Of a stretch of DNA of 64,000 bases, positions 60,041-64,000 are shown piece by piece (position 1 is the first letter of the stretch; every line of letters begins with the position of its first letter). The stretch lies in NCBI GenBank assembly GCA_905181675.1, contig CAJIYZ010000035.1:12786-76785 (forward strand), read 5' to 3'. The notes beneath the pieces were generated by a model that was given only the letters and a program-made list of their open reading frames with translations, had not been told where the DNA came from and searched no databases. Made by a program: the position numbers and the translations under genes. The stretch is from Bacteroidetes bacterium MED-G20. Its GTDB lineage: Bacteria; Bacteroidota; Bacteroidia; Flavobacteriales_D; Parvicellaceae.

Positions 60041-61378
60041 TTAAATCATAGACAATATTTGATTTTCAACTTCTTTGGAGTCCCAAGTTTTATCAATAGT
60101 AGGTGAGCTCATTACTTTTTGCATGATCTCTTCTTGAATTTTGCCTCTTTTATAAGCTTCAGAATACCTTATGTTACTAAATGACACTTGACTATAAAGT
60201 GGAATCCATTTATCAGGATGAAGCTCGTGAATTTTGGCTTCAATTTTTTTCTGTAGTAAGAATTTTTCATCTGCAACATGATCTCTCATTACATAATAAT
60301 TATCTAAGGACAAGTCCTGAAGTGCATCTCCATCTGGCTTTCTAATTTCTTGATACTCTTTGAATGTTTTTTCCCAGTCTTTGTGTTGATTATAAAGTTC
60401 CCACATTACAAAACAATCTTCAAAACCAGCATTCATCCCTTGCCCGTAAAATGGCACAGTAGAATGAGCGGAGTCTCCCATAAGAGCAAATTTGCCAACT
60501 GTCCATGGAAAACATCTGTTAATTGACATAGATGATAGTGGGTTTTGATGCCAGTTTTCAATCAAATTTGGAATTAGTTCATAAAAATCTGGAAATACTT
60601 TTTTGACAAAGTCCTCTATTTTAGCATCGTTGTCTAATTGTTTAAAAGCATACTTGTCATTTTCAAAAGGCATAAACAAAGTACATGTGAAAGAGCCATC
60701 CTCGTTGGGCAAGGCAATTAACATAAAGCGTCCTCTAGGCCAAATATGCAAAGCGTTTTTTTCAATTTTATAATTCCCGTTTTCATCTGCAGGCAAAAGC
60801 AATTCTTTATAGCCATCCTCTATATAAAATTGGCTAAAATTAAATCTATCTACCTTTTGCATAGAGTTGTAGCGGACTGCAGAAAATGCACCATCAGCAG
60901 CAAAAATAACATCTGCTTTGTCTTCAAAAACTTCTTGAGTATTTAGGTTTTTTAAAGTGATATGTCCCTTTTCTAGATCAGCGTCAAGACACTGATGCTG
61001 GTAATGAATTTTAGTATTTCCTTTGTTTTCTGCAAGATCCATCATTATGGCATTTAGATGCCCTCTTGAAACAGAATATATTGCCTCGTCTTTTTTTCCG
61101 TACGCTTGATAGGTCAGATCACCTTCTGTACTGTGCATTATTCTTCCACTCATGGGAATAGCAATCTTTTCAATTTCTTTTTCTATGCCTGCAGCTTTTA
61201 ATGAATTCCATCCACGCTCTGAAAGTGCCAAATTTATAGATTTTCCAGCACTGATTTCAGCTTTTCTTATATCCGATCTTCTTTCATAAATCACTACTTG
61301 ATATCCAGCCTTTTGCATGTAAACAGCCCACAAAGAACCTACTAATCCTGCACCTACTATTATTACCTTCTTTTCCAT
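60041..61378 (-). CDS. kmo: Kynurenine 3-monooxygenase (FAD-dependent)
   Basis: VIIVGAGLVGSLWA (FAD dinucleotide fold), GKSINLALSERG, LMGDSAHSTVPFYGQGMNAGFED. Confidence 0.85.
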   Translation of the reverse strand: MEKKVIIVGAGLVGSLWAVYMQKAGYQVVIYERRSDIRKAEISAGKSINLALSERGWNSLKAAGIEKEIEKIAIPMSGRIMHSTEGDLTYQAYGKKDEAIYSVSRGHLNAIMMDLAENKGNTKIHYQHQCLDADLEKGHITLKNLNTQEVFEDKADVIFAADGAFSAVRYNSMQKVDRFNFSQFYIEDGYKELLLPADENGNYKIEKNALHIWPRGRFMLIALPNEDGSFTCTLFMPFENDKYAFKQLDNDAKIEDFVKKVFPDFYELIPNLIENWHQNPLSSMSINRCFPWTVGKFALMGDSAHSTVPFYGQGMNAGFEDCFVMWELYNQHKDWEKTFKEYQEIRKPDGDALQDLSLDNYYVMRDHVADEKFLLQKKIEAKIHELHPDKWIPLYSQVSFSNIRYSEAYKRGKIQEEIMQKVMSSPTIDKTWDSKEVENQILSMI

Positions 61379-61523
61379 CTTTTTCTATATTCAGATTTTT
61401 CAAATTTACTATTTTGAGTCCTTTTGTTTGCGGAAAAAACTTTATTAGAAATCCGCCAAACAACCAATCCAAAAACAACAGTCATTATTGCAAGAAAAGA
61501 TATTTTTGCTTCTGGATTCAATA

Positions 61524-62798
61524 TTAGCTTAAGTAATTATTTAGTACTCTTCCAAACTCATAAACATCTTGAAAACTATTGTAAAATGGAACGGGTGCAA
61601 CTCTAATTACATTGGGTTCTCTCCAGTCTACAACTATGTGGTTTTTAGAAAGTTCATCAAATAGTTCTTTTCCGTTTCCGTGAGCAATAATAGAAAGTTG
61701 ACATCCTCTTTCTTTAAAATTATTTGGAGTTATGATTTCTAAAAACGACTCCTTTTTTTCATTTATTAGATGGACAATAAATTCTAAATAACCGGTAAGT
61801 AAAATGCTTTTTTCTCTAAGCTTTTCCATGCCAACTTCATTAAATAAATCTACAGATGCTTTGTGGGCTGCCATTGCTAAAACAGGAGCATTAGATAATT
61901 GCCAGCTTTCTGCCGTAGGAATTGGAGAAAACTTGTCCGGCATTTTAAATCTATCTTCTTTATTATGACCCCACCATCCAGCTAGTCTTAAAATCTTTGG
62001 ATTTGAAACATGTTTTTCATTTACATATAATCCACTTACTCCTCCTGGACCAGAGTTAAGATATTTATACGAACACCAAGCTGCAAAATCAACATTCCAT
62101 TGGTTGAGTTTTATTGGAATATTACCTACGCCATGAGCTAAGTCAAACCCAACATATGCACCAACTTTATGACCTGCAGTGGTAATGGATTCCATGTCGA
62201 AAACTTGACCAGAATAGTAATTTACTCCACCAATCATAACCAAAGCCAATTCTTGACCAACTTCATTAATTTTAGAAATAATATCTTCTGTTCTAATGGT
62301 ATGTTCACCATCTCTAGGACCAATTTCTACTATACAATCCTCTGGATTTAAATTGTGTATTTTTGTTTGACTTTGTAATGCATATTGGTCACTAGGAAAT
62401 GCTTTTTTTTCGCACAATATTTTAAATCTTTTCTTAGTAGGTCTATAAAAGGATATTAACAAAAGATGCAGATTGGTAGTCAAGCTATGGGTTACCACTA
62501 ATTCCTTGTTTTTAGCACCAACAATTGGAGATATTTTATCGTTGAAAATCTCGTGATAATCTAGCCATGGGTTGTTAGCTTTTTCATGACCTTCCACTCC
62601 CCACTTTGACCAATCATCCAGCTCCTTTTGTATATACGTCTGGACACTTTTAGGTTGCAATCCTAATGAATTACCTGTGAAATACAAAGATTCCTTACCT
62701 GAGAAGTTAGGTATAAAAAAACGATCTCTGTAAGTACTTAATTTGTCATTTTCATCAAGTTTTCTTGCACAGTCTAAAGAAAATTCCCAATTAGTCAC
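61524..62798 (-). CDS. kynU: Kynureninase
   Basis: YFTGNSLGLQPK, the PLP-lysine context WCSYKYLNSGPG, and VDWREPNVIRVAPVPFYN. GTG start. Confidence 0.9.
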   Translation of the reverse strand: MTNWEFSLDCARKLDENDKLSTYRDRFFIPNFSGKESLYFTGNSLGLQPKSVQTYIQKELDDWSKWGVEGHEKANNPWLDYHEIFNDKISPIVGAKNKELVVTHSLTTNLHLLLISFYRPTKKRFKILCEKKAFPSDQYALQSQTKIHNLNPEDCIVEIGPRDGEHTIRTEDIISKINEVGQELALVMIGGVNYYSGQVFDMESITTAGHKVGAYVGFDLAHGVGNIPIKLNQWNVDFAAWCSYKYLNSGPGGVSGLYVNEKHVSNPKILRLAGWWGHNKEDRFKMPDKFSPIPTAESWQLSNAPVLAMAAHKASVDLFNEVGMEKLREKSILLTGYLEFIVHLINEKKESFLEIITPNNFKERGCQLSIIAHGNGKELFDELSKNHIVVDWREPNVIRVAPVPFYNSFQDVYEFGRVLNNYLS

Positions 62799-62826
62799 GA
62801 TATTCGGCTCATTAAATTAATATTTA

Positions 62827-62834
62827 CAAATATA
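62827..62834 (-). promoter_or_regulatory. Putative Bacteroidota -7 promoter box (TAnnTTTG)
   Basis: The minus strand reads TATATTTG, 28 nt upstream of the kynU GTG, in the divergent kynU/hemL spacer. Motif match only. Confidence 0.35.
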
Positions 62835-62860
62835 ACTGAATTAAATCTTAAGAACTCATA

Positions 62861-64000
62861 ATGTTTAAACTGATAAATAATAGATCTAAAAAATTATTCC
62901 AGCAAGCTCAGAAAGTTATTCCCGGGGGAGTTAATTCACCTGTAAGAGCATTTAAGTCTGTTGGAGGAAGTCCAATTTTCATAAAACATGCATTAGGAGC
63001 TTATTTAATTGACGAGGATGATAACCAATACATAGACTATATTTCTTCTTGGGGTCCAATGATAATAGGGCATGCTCATCCTGAAATAATTAACGCAATA
63101 AATGATCAGTCTAGGAAGGGTACTTCCTACGGGATTCCAACTGAATTGGAGACTAAAATGGCCAATTTATTGGTTTCTTTAGCTCCAAATGTTGATAAAG
63201 TTAGGTTTGTAAATTCTGGGACGGAAGCTTGTATGAGTGCGGTGAGACTAGCTAGAGGCTTTACTAATAGAGATAAAATCATTAAATTTTCTGGATGTTA
63301 TCATGGTCACTCAGATTCTTTTCTGATTCAAGCCGGTAGTGGTGCTTCCACTTTTGGGGTTCCCAATAGTCCTGGCATAACTAAATCAACAGCATCCGAT
63401 ACTTTATTAGCAAACTATAATGATATAAATCAAGTAAGTGAGTTATTTAAAAATTATCCAGAGAAAATTGCAGCTGTTATTATAGAACCCATTGCAGGGA
63501 ATATGGGGTGTGTTCTGCCAGAAAAAAACTTCATTGATCAGCTTAGAGAATTATGTACTCAAAACAGCTCTTTATTAATTTTTGACGAAGTTATGACAGG
63601 GTTTAGACTCGCTTTAGGTGGCGCTCAAGAAATATTGGAAGTTAAGGCTGATATTGTAACTTATGGAAAGGTAATTGGAGGAGGATTGCCAGTAGGTGCT
63701 TTTGGTGGAAGGGCAGAGATTATGAATTTTCTAGCGCCAGACGGTCCGGTTTATCAAGCAGGAACTTTGAGTGGAAATCCCATTGCTATGTCTGCAGGAT
63801 ATGCCATGTTAAAACACTTAAGGTCAAATCCAAATATTTACACTTCTTTAAACGATAAAACAGCATATCTTAGATCGGGAATGGAAAAAGTATTGAAAAA
63901 AAGTAATTTGCCATATCAAATTAATAGCATTGGCTCGATGATTTCACTTCATTTTACAGACCAACCAGTGATAAATTTTGAAACTGCAAAAGCTGGAGAT
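62861..64000 (+). CDS. hemL: Glutamate-1-semialdehyde 2,1-aminomutase, N-terminal ~380 codons; 3' end outside window
   Basis: The ATG at 62861 opens a frame that runs to the window end. Motifs: [53 protein letters not shown] and [17 protein letters not shown] (PLP Lys). Not in the ORF track because no stop is reached. Confidence 0.92.
   Translation, partial: MFKLINNRSKKLFQQAQKVIPGGVNSPVRAFKSVGGSPIFIKHALGAYLIDEDDNQYIDYISSWGPMIIGHAHPEIINAINDQSRKGTSYGIPTELETKMANLLVSLAPNVDKVRFVNSGTEACMSAVRLARGFTNRDKIIKFSGCYHGHSDSFLIQAGSGASTFGVPNSPGITKSTASDTLLANYNDINQVSELFKNYPEKIAAVIIEPIAGNMGCVLPEKNFIDQLRELCTQNSSLLIFDEVMTGFRLALGGAQEILEVKADIVTYGKVIGGGLPVGAFGGRAEIMNFLAPDGPVYQAGTLSGNPIAMSAGYAMLKHLRSNPNIYTSLNDKTAYLRSGMEKVLKKSNLPYQINSIGSMISLHFTDQPVINFETAKAGD

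Noticed and set aside
7987-62798. Apparent abundance of non-ATG starts: TTG at sprA, the WecA-like gene, the second OMP, cyoE, the acyltransferase and porU; GTG at SCO, porV and kynU.
   Set aside because: About nine of ~54 genes is within the normal bacterial range. Each was forced by the absence of an upstream ATG and by preservation of signal peptides or first TM helices. It is not evidence of recoding.
1-64000. Scan for CRISPR repeats, IS/transposase, integrase or phage genes, tRNA/rRNA, long direct or inverted repeats, and GC-anomalous islands
   Set aside because: None was seen. All intergenic spaces are shorter than about 210 nt, and all large ORFs have housekeeping or envelope assignments. 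The only compositional outlier is the 24-nt CCG repeat.

Overview
Visibly AT-rich, very gene-dense chromosomal segment that reads as core genome of a Bacteroidota (class Flavobacteriia-like) organism. Supporting observations are the type IX secretion genes (sprA, porU, porV, one CTD-bearing cargo), TAnnTTTG-type promoter boxes, a split metH behind a SAM-I riboswitch, and frequent start/stop overlaps. I can support about 54 protein-coding genes (two truncated by the window edges), one riboswitch with its intrinsic terminator, one trinucleotide repeat and four tentative promoter boxes. I found no rRNA, tRNA, CRISPR array, transposase, integrase, phage or toxin-antitoxin genes.

Functional blocks, left to right:
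- lpxA 3' end
- envelope thiol-redox trio (TlpA-like, large OM barrel, CxxC lipoprotein)
- T9SS cargo and SGNH hydrolase
- maeB, ruvA, sprA, gcvH and a tonB-like gene
- cysC-cysD-cysN (PAPS synthesis), divergent from a 10-gene overlapped string: deoC, ALDH, catalytic-domain-less ALDH, DUF2061-like, cysQ, gmd, fcl, OMP, WecA-like, paralogous OMP
- haem-copper oxidase accessory cluster: cyoE, two subunit-III-like genes, subunit IV-like, double SCO, DUF420-like, small CxxC protein
- SAM-I riboswitch and split metH
- dsbD plus an extra DsbD-alpha-like gene
- tilS, pabB, hemH, lpdA, DUF4105-like, tatD and an acyltransferase
- porV-porU
- pssA-purS
- a long minus-strand string: kynU, kmo, unknown OMP, thioesterase, DUF4254-like, GT9
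- hemL 5' part

I do not see a convincing self-contained novel system such as a defence island; this is mostly ordinary housekeeping DNA. The items most worth a second look are:
- the thiol-redox trio
- the catalytic-domain-less ALDH paralogue coupled to a full ALDH and DERA
- PAPS supply and PAP removal linked to GDP-fucose and glycan genes with no sulfate-reduction genes in view
- a roughly 230-aa insertion in a cytochrome oxidase subunit-III-like protein
- a tandem SCO protein
- a GT9 glycosyltransferase whose conserved N-terminus lies upstream of any canonical start, next to an A7 tract that could fuse it to the upstream gene

All family assignments come from reading the translations and from memory of the families. 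No database search was run.
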